Source: Candidatus Nanogingivalaceae bacterium
GTDB taxonomy: Bacteria; Patescibacteriota; Saccharimonadia; Saccharimonadales; Saccharimonadaceae
Length of the DNA stretch: 32,000 nucleotides
NCBI GenBank assembly: GCA_015257795.3
Contig: CP072208.2
Location: forward strand, 120,001 to 152,000
Direction of reading: 5' to 3'
Shown here piece by piece: positions 9,455 to 17,471 of this stretch (its first letter is position 1; each line of letters opens with the position of its first letter). The position numbers were made by a program, and so were the translations under genes. The notes beneath the pieces were generated by a model, which saw only the letters and a program-made list of their open reading frames with translations, did not search any database and had not been told where the DNA came from.

Positions 9455-9866
9455 AAATTTCCCAGTCGGAAATAAGCTTATTTGCGAGCTTCTCTCTTTC
9501 TTTTAGTGGTATAGCTATAAAATAATCAGAATATTCCTGAATATCAAAGCCTATTTCTTTTGTTCTGAAATCTTGAGCGAACAATATGGATAATTTTCTT
9601 GAGAAGTTAACCAAGTTTTTATCTGGGTTGTCTCGAATCTCTATTATAAAATTCTTAGCAATCTCGTAAATTATACAAATTTCTTCTTTTGAGAAAGGCT
9701 TAGGATAGTCTTTTTCGAAATAGTTAATGTAGAAAGAATTCAAATCTTTTATAGTGTATTCTTTATTTGATGTACTATATTTTTTTAATTTAGTAGGAAA
9801 AACTTTGAAACTACTATCATAATCTATTTTATATAAAATAGTGACAATTTTTTGAAAAATGCTCAT
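9453..9866 (-). CDS. Hypothetical protein (AT-rich, accessory-looking)
   Basis: SD aaggag 8 nt upstream of the ATG. No recognisable motif. Its own promoter and leader hairpin lie at 9884-9953. Confidence 0.55.
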   Translation of the reverse strand: MSIFQKIVTILYKIDYDSSFKVFPTKLKKYSTSNKEYTIKDLNSFYINYFEKDYPKPFSKEEICIIYEIAKNFIIEIRDNPDKNLVNFSRKLSILFAQDFRTKEIGFDIQEYSDYFIAIPLKEREKLANKLISDWEI

Positions 9867-9923
9867 AGAGAAATCTCCTTTTTAATAAAAGAGCGCTAAA
9901 ACAGCGCTCGTAAGCTAATGAAT

Positions 9924-9953
9924 ATTATATATGAATTTGATAATAAAAGTCAA
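9924..9953 (-). promoter_or_regulatory. Minus-strand sigma-70-like promoter for the 9453-9866 gene
   Basis: On the minus strand: TTGACT (9953-9948), an 18-nt spacer and TATAAT (9929-9924). Confidence 0.5.
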
Positions 9954-10007
9954 ATAGTTTTTTTGAAAAATCAATTTGACTTTTAGGGGGTCGACTATAA
10001 TGGGGCT

Positions 10008-10426
10008 ATGAAAAAGCATAAACTTTATGAAGGATTTACGATTATTGAAGTTGTTTTGGTTCTTGCAATTGCTGGGCTGATATTTCTTGCGGTTTTCTTG
10101 GCTTTGCCAGCTTTGCAAAGGTCTATTCGAGATAAATCCGAAAAGATTCGGTCGCCAGAACTGTTGCAATGATTAAAACTTATCGCTCAAATAGTGGTCA
10201 TCAATTAAAATTTAGTGATGAATATAAAAGCTATTCTTTCACTAAGAATAACTCTGGTGAATGGGAAACTTCAGGTGAGGATTATGTTGGTAGGCTTCAG
10301 ATAGTTTTAGGTAGTTCTTGTGAGGTGTATAAATCGCGTGAGGGCGAATATCCTCGATTTAATCCTAATAAATCAATGGTTGCAATTCATCTTGAAGCGA
10401 GCGACTATTATTGTGAAGAATTTTAG
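10008..10426 (+). pseudogene. Type IV pilin (prepilin-type N-terminal cleavage/methylation domain) interrupted by a 1-nt frameshift
   Basis: 10008-10172 encodes MKKHKLYEG/FTIIEVVLVLAIAGLIFLAVFLALPALQRSIRDKSE... The G-FT.IE prepilin site has Glu at +5. The frame then stops at 10170-10172. The -1 frame continues ..RKDSVARTVAMIKTYRSNSGHQL..., matching the usual pilin RD..RK.D....A...Y..N..G pattern. It ends with a Cys...Cys pair (SSCEVY...DYYCEEF). The switch must fall around 10136-10141. Confidence 0.75.
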
Positions 10427-10486
10427 TATTTTTAATTTTTTGTGCTATAATATAAAAGTACATAATTTAAAAACAAAAGGAATTTA

Positions 10487-11035
10487 ATGATCGTATTTTT
10501 TGGTCCAGCGGGTGCTGGTAAAAGTGTTCAAGGAAATTTGTTAGCCGCAAGAAATGATTGGCGCTGGCTTGGTGCTGGTCAACTTTTGCGTGATAGCAAA
10601 GACCCTGAACTTCTTGCACAAATGAGCACGGGTCAATTGGTTGATCCAGAAATTGTGAATCGCGTTATGGGTGAAGCTTTAGGCCGAGCAAATAACGGAA
10701 AAGTTAAACAAGTAATTCTTGATGGTTACCCACGCCAACTTGCTCAGGCGAAATGGTTAATTGAAAATAAACAAAATCATGGGCGCAACGTTGACCTCGT
10801 AATTGTTTTAGAGGTGCCACGAAGCGAATTAATGCGTCGTCTTGCAATTCGTGGTCGTCTTGATGATACTCCAGAAGTTATCGATGAGCGACTTCGAATT
10901 TACCGAAAAGAAATGTACCCAGTTTTGAACTACTTTAACGAAAACGGCGTGGTTATCGCGCATATTGATGGAACTGGAACTGTTGGCCAAGTTCACGACC
11001 GAATTATGGAGGAAATCGAAGCATGCGGAATTTAA
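10487..11035 (+). CDS. adk: Adenylate kinase (short-LID form)
   Basis: P-loop GPAGAGKS, LRD....P, ILDGYPR, and RGRLDDTPE with no Cys4 or long LID insertion (182 aa). Confidence 0.88.
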   Translation: MIVFFGPAGAGKSVQGNLLAARNDWRWLGAGQLLRDSKDPELLAQMSTGQLVDPEIVNRVMGEALGRANNGKVKQVILDGYPRQLAQAKWLIENKQNHGRNVDLVIVLEVPRSELMRRLAIRGRLDDTPEVIDERLRIYRKEMYPVLNYFNENGVVIAHIDGTGTVGQVHDRIMEEIEACGI

Positions 11036-11793
11036 TCACAGGTAATAAAACTGAAGAACAACTTCAAGCAATGCGTGAAGGTGGAAAAATCCTTGCACGA
11101 ATTTTACGCGAGTTAACTGAATTTTCGAAAGTTGGTGTAACTGGTCTTGAGGTTGATGCTTTTGCGCGTAAAAAAATTAAAGAATACGGCGCAAAATCTG
11201 CATATCTAACACCTGAAGTTAATTTTCCGGGTGTGGTTTGTATTTCTCTAAATGATTGTGTTGTTCATGGCGCACCAAACGATATTCCTTTCGAAAAAGG
11301 TGATGTTGTTAAATATGATATGGTGATTCAATACAAAGGCATGATGGTTGATTCTGCTACGACAACTGTTGTGGGCGAAGAGCCAAAAGGTGCAGTAAAA
11401 CATCTTTTGAATGATACAAAAAAAGCACTCGCTGCTGGAATTTCGGTTGTTAAACCTGGTGTAAAAACTGGCGACATTGGTGCTGCGGTTGAAAAATCAC
11501 TTAAAAAATCAAAACTCGGCAATGTTCGGGATTTGGTTGGTCATGGAATTGGTGTTAAAATGCACATGGATCCAGAAGTTCCAAATTATGGGCATGCTGG
11601 TCAAGGTGTTGTTTTTCAAGAAGGTGACACTTTCTGTATCGAACCTATGACTTCGCTTGGAAAAGGTGATGTTGTTTTCAATGGAACAGATAGCGAATGG
11701 GATGTTTTAATGCGCGATGGCTCGCTTTCAGCACATTTTGAACATACGATTTTAGTTACTAAAGACGGTGCAGAAATTCTAACTTTAGAGTAG
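11023..11793 (+). CDS. map: Methionine aminopeptidase type I
   Basis: VVHG.P, the D..V..KG...D metal ligands, GHGIG, F.IEP and EHT. Overlaps the adk 3' end by 13 nt. Confidence 0.95.
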   Translation: MRNLITGNKTEEQLQAMREGGKILARILRELTEFSKVGVTGLEVDAFARKKIKEYGAKSAYLTPEVNFPGVVCISLNDCVVHGAPNDIPFEKGDVVKYDMVIQYKGMMVDSATTTVVGEEPKGAVKHLLNDTKKALAAGISVVKPGVKTGDIGAAVEKSLKKSKLGNVRDLVGHGIGVKMHMDPEVPNYGHAGQGVVFQEGDTFCIEPMTSLGKGDVVFNGTDSEWDVLMRDGSLSAHFEHTILVTKDGAEILTLE

Positions 11794-11805
11794 TTTTATA
11801 GAAAA

Positions 11806-12720
11806 ATGAAAAAAAGTGGGCTTTTAAGAGCTAGCAAAGATACTCGCGAACATCAATTGAATGAACATTTTGGGCATTCACACAGCCATGTGCATACAAG
11901 TGATCTTCCGTTGGCAATCGGTTTAAATTTAGGGTTTTCAATCGCTGAATTCTTTTTAGGGATATTTCTGGGTTCCGCAGCAATTTCGGCAGATGCAATC
12001 CATGATTTAGGCGATGCTATTTTGTTAACATTTACGCTAGTTTTGAGTAAGTTTAGCAATAAAAAACCCACTTCAATTATGAGCTATGGATATAAGCGCT
12101 TGTCGGTTTTGGGTGCTGTTTTGAATTCTTTCGTTATGTTGGGTCTTTCGTATATGATGGCGAGGACTCTATATTATGAATTTATTAATCCGCACAATCA
12201 TGCACATGTGAATGTTCCGGGGTTAATGGTAGTTTCAGTTATTGGAATTTTAGTTAACCTATTTGCAGCCCTTCGACTTCACGGTTCGAAGAATATTCTC
12301 GATAAAACAGTTTCGCTTCATCTATTCGAGGATCTTTTTGGCTGGGTTTTAACCCTTCTTACATCTATTTTAATTTCATTTTCGGGCCTTGCGATTCTCG
12401 ATAGAATTGCGAGTTTGTTTATTCTGTTATTTATTTCTTGCGGTGCGATTATGAACGCTTGGGATGCTTTAAAGATTTTACTTCAGCGAGCACCTAATGT
12501 AAAAGATTTAAATAATATTAAAAAGAATATTTTAGCAATTGAAGGTGTTGTGTCTATTAAGAATGTGCATTTCTGGAGTCTTGACGGGGAAGAACATATT
12601 TTTACTGCGCAGATTATCGTGAATGATTCTTCGAAAAATGTAGAAATTCGAAGAAAAATTTCGAGTTTTTTGCCAGATTTCCAGATTGTAGATTCAACAA
12701 TAGAAATTTTGAAAAAATAA
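11806..12720 (+). CDS. Cation diffusion facilitator (Zn/Co/Cd efflux) transporter
   Basis: His-rich N-terminus HFGHSHSHVH, the CDF signature SAAISADAIHDLGDA in TM2, six predicted TM segments and a C-terminal cytoplasmic domain. Confidence 0.88.
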   Translation: MKKSGLLRASKDTREHQLNEHFGHSHSHVHTSDLPLAIGLNLGFSIAEFFLGIFLGSAAISADAIHDLGDAILLTFTLVLSKFSNKKPTSIMSYGYKRLSVLGAVLNSFVMLGLSYMMARTLYYEFINPHNHAHVNVPGLMVVSVIGILVNLFAALRLHGSKNILDKTVSLHLFEDLFGWVLTLLTSILISFSGLAILDRIASLFILLFISCGAIMNAWDALKILLQRAPNVKDLNNIKKNILAIEGVVSIKNVHFWSLDGEEHIFTAQIIVNDSSKNVEIRRKISSFLPDFQIVDSTIEILKK

Positions 12721-12733
12721 ATCAAAAAAGTAC

Positions 12734-12762
12734 TTGCATTTTTGAAAAGGCTCGTGTATAAT
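12734..12762 (+). promoter_or_regulatory. Promoter of the tRNA pair
   Basis: TTGCAT (12734-12739), a 17-nt spacer and an extended -10 tgTATAAT (12755-12762). Confidence 0.5.
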
Positions 12763-12783
12763 TAGAAACGTACTTGGTGATAT

Positions 12784-12860
12784 GCCACCTTAGCTCAGCT
12801 GGTTAGAGCAGCTGTTTTGTAAACAGCAGGCCTTCGGTTCGAATCCGAAAGGTGGCTCCA
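12784..12860 (+). tRNA. tRNA-Thr (anticodon UGU), CCA encoded
   Basis: Cloverleaf folded by hand: acceptor gccacct/aggtggc, D arm gctc..gagc, anticodon stem gctgt/acagc with loop ttTGTaa, T arm ttcgg-ttcgaat-ccgaa, discriminator t, then cca. Confidence 0.93.
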
Positions 12861-12885
12861 AGTATTTTTTAATACAAGTTAAAGA

Positions 12886-12971
12886 GCTGGGATAGTGAAG
12901 CGGTCAAACACAACAGACTGTAAATCTGTCGGCAGATGCCTTCGAAAGTTCGAATCTTTCTCCCAGCACCA
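12886..12971 (+). tRNA. tRNA-Tyr (anticodon GUA), long variable arm, CCA encoded
   Basis: Acceptor gctggga/tcccagc, anticodon stem acaga/tctgt with loop ctGTAaa, long variable arm (cggcagatgccttc), T arm gaaag-ttcgaat-ctttc, discriminator a, then cca. Confidence 0.93.
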
Positions 12972-12985
12972 GAAATTATTTTCCA

Positions 12986-13019
12986 AAAAAACGCCCAATC
13001 ACTGCGAGGGGTGTTTTTT
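12986..13019 (+). terminator. Putative intrinsic terminator after the tRNA pair
   Basis: aaaacgccc pairs with ggggtgttt (one G-U), with a loop of about 12 nt, followed by a T-run. Confidence 0.45.
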
Positions 13020-13039
13020 ATTATTTGCTATTTTCGTAC

Positions 13040-13068
13040 TTGATAAAAATTAGCATTAACGGTATAAT
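13040..13068 (+). promoter_or_regulatory. Promoter of ftsA-ftsZ-nrdR
   Basis: TTGATA (13040-13045), a 17-nt spacer and TATAAT (13063-13068), just upstream of the ftsA ATG at 13075. Confidence 0.5.
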
Positions 13069-13074
13069 GGAACT

Positions 13075-14292
13075 ATGAATGAGAATTCTCGAAATGTGGT
13101 AGGAGTAGATATTGGAACTTCAAAAGTTCGTGTTATTATTGCGAACTTTGATAAAGAAGGAATGCCAAATGTTATCGGTGTTGGCTCCGCAGAAAATAAC
13201 GGAATGAAAAAAGGGGTGATAACTAACGCTCAAAGCGTTTATCAAGCTTTAGATAAGGCTTTGCTTCAAGCAGAAAGAATGGCTGGCTATGAAAGTAGTA
13301 GTGCTATATTTAGCGTCAATGGTGCACATATTTTAAGCACAAATACTGACGGAATGATTGCAATCAACTCACCAGATGGCATTGTGGATGAAGAAGATCT
13401 TCAGCGAGTTGAAGAGGTTGCCACAATTGGTAAAATCCCAGCAAATCATCGAGTTTTGGAATTTATTCCATACTACTATAATCTCGACAATCAAGAAGGC
13501 TTAGTTGATCCTTACGGTATGGAAGGTGTTCGCTTAGAGGTTCACGGTAGTGCTATTTCGGCATTAGATTCAAATATAGATAACTTAAGAAATACTGCTG
13601 CAAGATTAGACCTTGACCCAGAACTTTATGTTCCAAGCGTTTTGGCTTCTTCTCGAGCATTGTTGACAGATAACCAAAAAGAAAACGGTGTTGCAGTTGT
13701 TGATCTTGGTGCCTCAACTACTGGAGTTGCAGTTTATGAAGACGGCGCGTTGCGATTAATAGAAGTTATTCCACTTGGTGGAATCAATATTACCAACGAC
13801 CTTGCAATTTGCTTGAAAGTTTCACCAGAAGTCGCCGAAGAAATAAAAATTAAGCATGGTTTTGCTTTCGAGAGAGAAGAGAGTGGCGATATTGTTGTGA
13901 AACATGGTCGCGAACATTATAGCTTTAATACACGAGAAATCGAAGAAGTTATTGAGGCGCGACTTGAAGAAATTTTTGAAGAAGTTAAAAAAGTTCTTAA
14001 AAAATCAGGTTTCGAAAATCAATTACCAAACGGAATTGTACTAGCGGGAGCGGGTTCAAACCTTAAAGGAATTGATGAATACGCGAGAAAACAATTACAG
14101 CTAGCAACTCGAATTGGTAAAAACGGCGTCGAAAGAACTGTTTCACAAGAAGTGAATAAACCAGAGTTTTCAGCTGCGGTTGGCTTGATAATTGAAGCAA
14201 GAAATGTGGTTTTGAGAAGAGAAGAATATCGAGATAATTTTGAGCCTAAGAGCTTTGGATTTTTCGCAAGATTCTTTAAGAAAAAGCGATAA
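13075..14292 (+). CDS. ftsA: Cell division protein FtsA
   Basis: Actin-like ATPase motifs: VGVDIGTSKVRV, VVDLGASTTGVAVY and LAGAGSNLKGI. Lies immediately upstream of ftsZ. Confidence 0.95.
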   Translation: MNENSRNVVGVDIGTSKVRVIIANFDKEGMPNVIGVGSAENNGMKKGVITNAQSVYQALDKALLQAERMAGYESSSAIFSVNGAHILSTNTDGMIAINSPDGIVDEEDLQRVEEVATIGKIPANHRVLEFIPYYYNLDNQEGLVDPYGMEGVRLEVHGSAISALDSNIDNLRNTAARLDLDPELYVPSVLASSRALLTDNQKENGVAVVDLGASTTGVAVYEDGALRLIEVIPLGGINITNDLAICLKVSPEVAEEIKIKHGFAFEREESGDIVVKHGREHYSFNTREIEEVIEARLEEIFEEVKKVLKKSGFENQLPNGIVLAGAGSNLKGIDEYARKQLQLATRIGKNGVERTVSQEVNKPEFSAAVGLIIEARNVVLRREEYRDNFEPKSFGFFARFFKKKR

Positions 14293-14325
14293 AGTGATAT
14301 AATGGGAGTAAATTAAGGAGAAGAA

Positions 14326-15549
14326 ATGCCAGAAATTAAACCGAATGAAGTTGAAACTTTTGCAAAAATTAAAGTTGTAGGAATTGGTGGCGCAGGTGGA
14401 AGCGCTGTTAATCGAATGAAAGATGTTGGCCTAAACAACATTGAATTTATTGCAATGAATACTGACGCTCAAGCGTTGTATAAATCAAAAGCTGATAAAA
14501 AAATTCACCTTGGTCGTGAAACAACAAACGGATTGGGTGCGGGTGCTGACCCTATTGTTGGGGAAAGTGCTGCTCTTGAATCACGCGAAGAAATTCGCGA
14601 AGCTCTTGAAGGCGCAGACATGGTGTTTATCGCTATTGGTGCCGGTGGTGGAACTGGTTCTGGTGCTGGTCATGTTGTGGCTGAAATCGCCCGCGAAATG
14701 GGTATTTTAACGATTGGTGTTGCTACTCGACCATTCGCTTTTGAAGGCGCAAAACGAAAAACTAACGCCGACTGGGCAATTGAAAAGCTTGCAGCCGCAG
14801 TTGATACTTTAATTACAATTCCTAACGATAGGCTTCTTCAAACTGTTGATCGCAACCTTCCTCTTCTTGAGACTTTCAAAATTGCCGACGATGTTCTTCG
14901 TCAAGGAGTTCAAGGTATTTCAGAACTTATTACTGAACATGGTTTGATTAACCTTGACTTTGCTGATGTTAAGTCGATTATGAGTAATGCCGGTTCAGCC
15001 TTGATGGGAATTGGTCGTGCAAGTGGCGATAATCGAGCACAAAAAGCTGCTGAACAAGCTATCGAAAGCCCAATGATTGAAGTTTCAATCGAAGGTGCTC
15101 GAGGTGTATTGTTTAATGTTGCTGGTGGTTATGATATGAGCATGAGTGAAATTCAAGAAGCTGCTGAAATCATTACAGGTGCAGTTGCTCCAGATGCAAA
15201 CATTATCTTTGGTGCAACCTTGAATCCAGATCTTGAAGATGAATTAATCATTACAGTTGTAGCAACTGGTTTTGATCGTGATTATAGCGAACCAGCTCCA
15301 GTTGAATCACTTGAAAACGTTGTTTCGAAAACTTTCAATCTTGAAGACGAACACGCAGATGCTCAAGAAATTGATGAAAAAGTTTCTAGCGCAATTGATA
15401 TGGAACTTAAAAAAGAAGAACCATCTTCAGCCGAAGATTTCACAAGCGATATTGAAACTAAAAATATTTGGGCTCAAGACGAAGAAAAAGACGAAAGTGA
15501 TGTTCCTGCATTTTTGCGCCGCCGAAAACGCAATAAAAAGGAAGACTAA
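14326..15549 (+). CDS. ftsZ: Cell division GTPase FtsZ
   Basis: [17 protein letters not shown], the tubulin signature [16 protein letters not shown], and an acidic linker with a basic C-terminal tail. Confidence 0.97.
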   Translation: MPEIKPNEVETFAKIKVVGIGGAGGSAVNRMKDVGLNNIEFIAMNTDAQALYKSKADKKIHLGRETTNGLGAGADPIVGESAALESREEIREALEGADMVFIAIGAGGGTGSGAGHVVAEIAREMGILTIGVATRPFAFEGAKRKTNADWAIEKLAAAVDTLITIPNDRLLQTVDRNLPLLETFKIADDVLRQGVQGISELITEHGLINLDFADVKSIMSNAGSALMGIGRASGDNRAQKAAEQAIESPMIEVSIEGARGVLFNVAGGYDMSMSEIQEAAEIITGAVAPDANIIFGATLNPDLEDELIITVVATGFDRDYSEPAPVESLENVVSKTFNLEDEHADAQEIDEKVSSAIDMELKKEEPSSAEDFTSDIETKNIWAQDEEKDESDVPAFLRRRKRNKKED

Positions 15550-16004
15550 TGGAATTTAAGCTCGACGAAACCAAGGTTCTTGAAAGTCGAATGTCGGTCG
15601 ACGGCCAATCTGTGCGCCGTCGCCGAGTTGCTCCAGATGGAACTCGCTTCACAACTTACGAGCGAATCGAAAAACCGCGGATTATTGTTATTAAATCGCA
15701 GGGCGGAAGAGAAGAGTTTAGTCGCGAAAAGCTTAAAAGCTCAATTATTCGTTCGATCGGAAAGTTTATTTCAGATCTTCAAGTTGAAGAAATTATCAAC
15801 CGTGTCGAAAACGAACTTCTTCAAAAATCGAACAAAGTTTCTTCGCACCAGATCGGTGAAACTGTTTTGGCGGTTCTGTTTGAAATGAATAAAGTTGCGT
15901 ATATTCGTTTTGCAAGTGTGTTTAACGGTTTCGAAACAGTTGAAGATTTTGAAGATATTTTAGCAAAAGTTAGAGGTGAAAATGAGAATTGTAGTAGTCT
16001 ATAA
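15549..16004 (+). CDS. nrdR: NrdR-like transcriptional repressor (ATP-cone) lacking zinc-ribbon cysteines
   Basis: TKV..SR......SVRRRR......RFTTYE, an ATP-cone (V.K..G..EEFSREKL) and the C-terminal VAYIRFASVF..F match NrdR. The four Cys of the N-terminal zinc ribbon are absent. The start overlaps the ftsZ stop (TAATG). Confidence 0.8.
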   Translation: MEFKLDETKVLESRMSVDGQSVRRRRVAPDGTRFTTYERIEKPRIIVIKSQGGREEFSREKLKSSIIRSIGKFISDLQVEEIINRVENELLQKSNKVSSHQIGETVLAVLFEMNKVAYIRFASVFNGFETVEDFEDILAKVRGENENCSSL

Positions 16005-16242
16005 AGATTATAGCGATCATGGCCGTGAAGTTCGAGAATATATTGAAGATTTCGAAAGGCAAACGGGCTTAAAAGTCGAAGTTATGGATCCCGATTCTGG
16101 CAGAAATGAGTTTTTCTTGCGAGCTTATGATGTGGTTGAATATCCAACAATTTTAGCAATTACAGATGAAGGACGCCTGCTGCAACAGTGGCGGGGTAAA
16201 CCACTCCCACTTTTTGACGAAGTTGCATATTACGCACGCTAA
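15982..16242 (+). CDS. Small hypothetical protein, possibly a thioredoxin-like fold without CxxC
   Basis: ATG at 15982 after agagg; the track's GTG at 15976 is less likely. Overlaps the nrdR 3' end. ..YPTILAITDEGRLLQQWRGKPLP resembles the C-terminal half of thioredoxin-fold proteins, but no Cys is present. Confidence 0.5.
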   Translation: MRIVVVYKDYSDHGREVREYIEDFERQTGLKVEVMDPDSGRNEFFLRAYDVVEYPTILAITDEGRLLQQWRGKPLPLFDEVAYYAR

Positions 16243-16907
16243 ATTTGAAGCTTGGCGTGTTTTTTTGTGTTTGTGTTTTCTTTTTTTTGGTTGATTATAA
16301 AGTATTTTTAGTTATGCAATAAATATACCTAACAAATACTCAACATGAAATATAGATAAAATAAGTAAAATATAAAAAAAGAGAAAACTCTTTTTTTATA
16401 GTTGAAGAAAATATGGTTTATAAAAAACATAACTATTATGTCATAAATTTTAAAAAACAGTAGACGCTATATATAGTGTGTGCTAAATATAAACTTAAGA
16501 TAACATTATTTTTGTTGTAAATAATACACGCTAAATATAGCGTTTTTTCTTGCTTTAGGTAATTAAAAAAGTTACAATGTAATTATGGCTTCTTAATACG
16601 GTAGGGGGTTAATATAATTAAGTTTTAAACTAGCCTAGGAGATATAATTTAGTTAGTGATGTAGGCTTATTGTAAGTTAATAAATTAAGGAAGGAGATGG
16701 GAGAAGAAACTAAGACATACAGATGGATGTTAAGATCAGGAGAAAGTTGAATATTTTAGCACAAAAATAATATTACTATTTTGCGGAAGAGAGCTTTTAA
16801 ATTCTTATATTTGGAAACTAACAATCTTTCGAAATAATAAAGGTTATGGCCATGGTAAGGGAACTAACTTTACAGAAATATCAATATAAATAATATAAGG
16901 AGGTTTA

Positions 16908-17471
16908 ATGTCGAAAAATCAAGAAAAATTACACTTTGAACTTAAAAATTTTATAGTAAATGTAGGTTGGACTCATAAAATTCATGCGGTTAGAATTGAC
17001 GAGTTAGAAAACTATATTCGATGGTTTAGAATAGCAACAATAATCATTTCTGGAGTTGTCTCTTCTGGCTTAGTTGGAATACTTTGGTTTGATAAATATT
17101 GGATAAAGCTTGTTACAGCATTTTTATCATTAGTCACTACAATAATTTTTAGTATCACTAAGGAGTTTAACTTTGAGGAACGACTAGCTTTGGAGAGGAA
17201 ATCTGTTGATGAGCTTTGGAATCTTAGAGTGTTAGCTGAAATTCTTTTATCTGAGGTGGTTTACAATGTAAAACCATCCAGGGAAATCCAAGAATCTTTC
17301 GAAGAATTAAAACTTAGAAGAGATGCTATTTATAGTCAACTTTCTAATTCGTCTCCTAAAAATGTATCCAAGGCTTCAAAACTAATAAAATCACGAAAAG
17401 ATAATGATTATGAGGAGGATTATAAATACTTTATTTCAAAAGAATTGATGAAAATTAAGGAGGAAGAATAA
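16908..17471 (+). CDS. 2-TM helical-hairpin membrane protein, SLATT-like putative effector
   Basis: Strong SD aaggagg. An N-terminal helix is followed by two adjacent hydrophobic helices (about residues 42-61 and 65-83) joined by a 3-residue turn (DKY). The C-terminus is a charged helical region. This size and architecture match the SLATT domains that accompany SMODS nucleotidyltransferases. AT-rich codon usage. Confidence 0.6.
   Translation: MSKNQEKLHFELKNFIVNVGWTHKIHAVRIDELENYIRWFRIATIIISGVVSSGLVGILWFDKYWIKLVTAFLSLVTTIIFSITKEFNFEERLALERKSVDELWNLRVLAEILLSEVVYNVKPSREIQESFEELKLRRDAIYSQLSNSSPKNVSKASKLIKSRKDNDYEEDYKYFISKELMKIKEEE

Noticed and set aside
9915-10169. 84-aa minus-strand ORF
   Set aside because: It is antisense to the clearly recognisable pilin N-terminus and promoter region. 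It has no SD and a low-complexity sequence, so it is a shadow ORF.
13897-13904. GTGAAACA half-site resembling parS (TGTTTCACGTGAAACA), plus a general search for parS and DnaA boxes near parAB
   Set aside because: Only a half-site is present, inside ftsA coding sequence, with no palindromic partner. I found no full parS and no TTATCCACA cluster by eye, so no origin or parS call is made.
16697-16750. 17-codon mini-ORF (MGEETKTYRWMLRSGES) with a strong SD in the long spacer
   Set aside because: It is too short to support as a gene without conservation or ribosome-profiling data. It is mentioned only as a possible leader peptide in the spacer finding.
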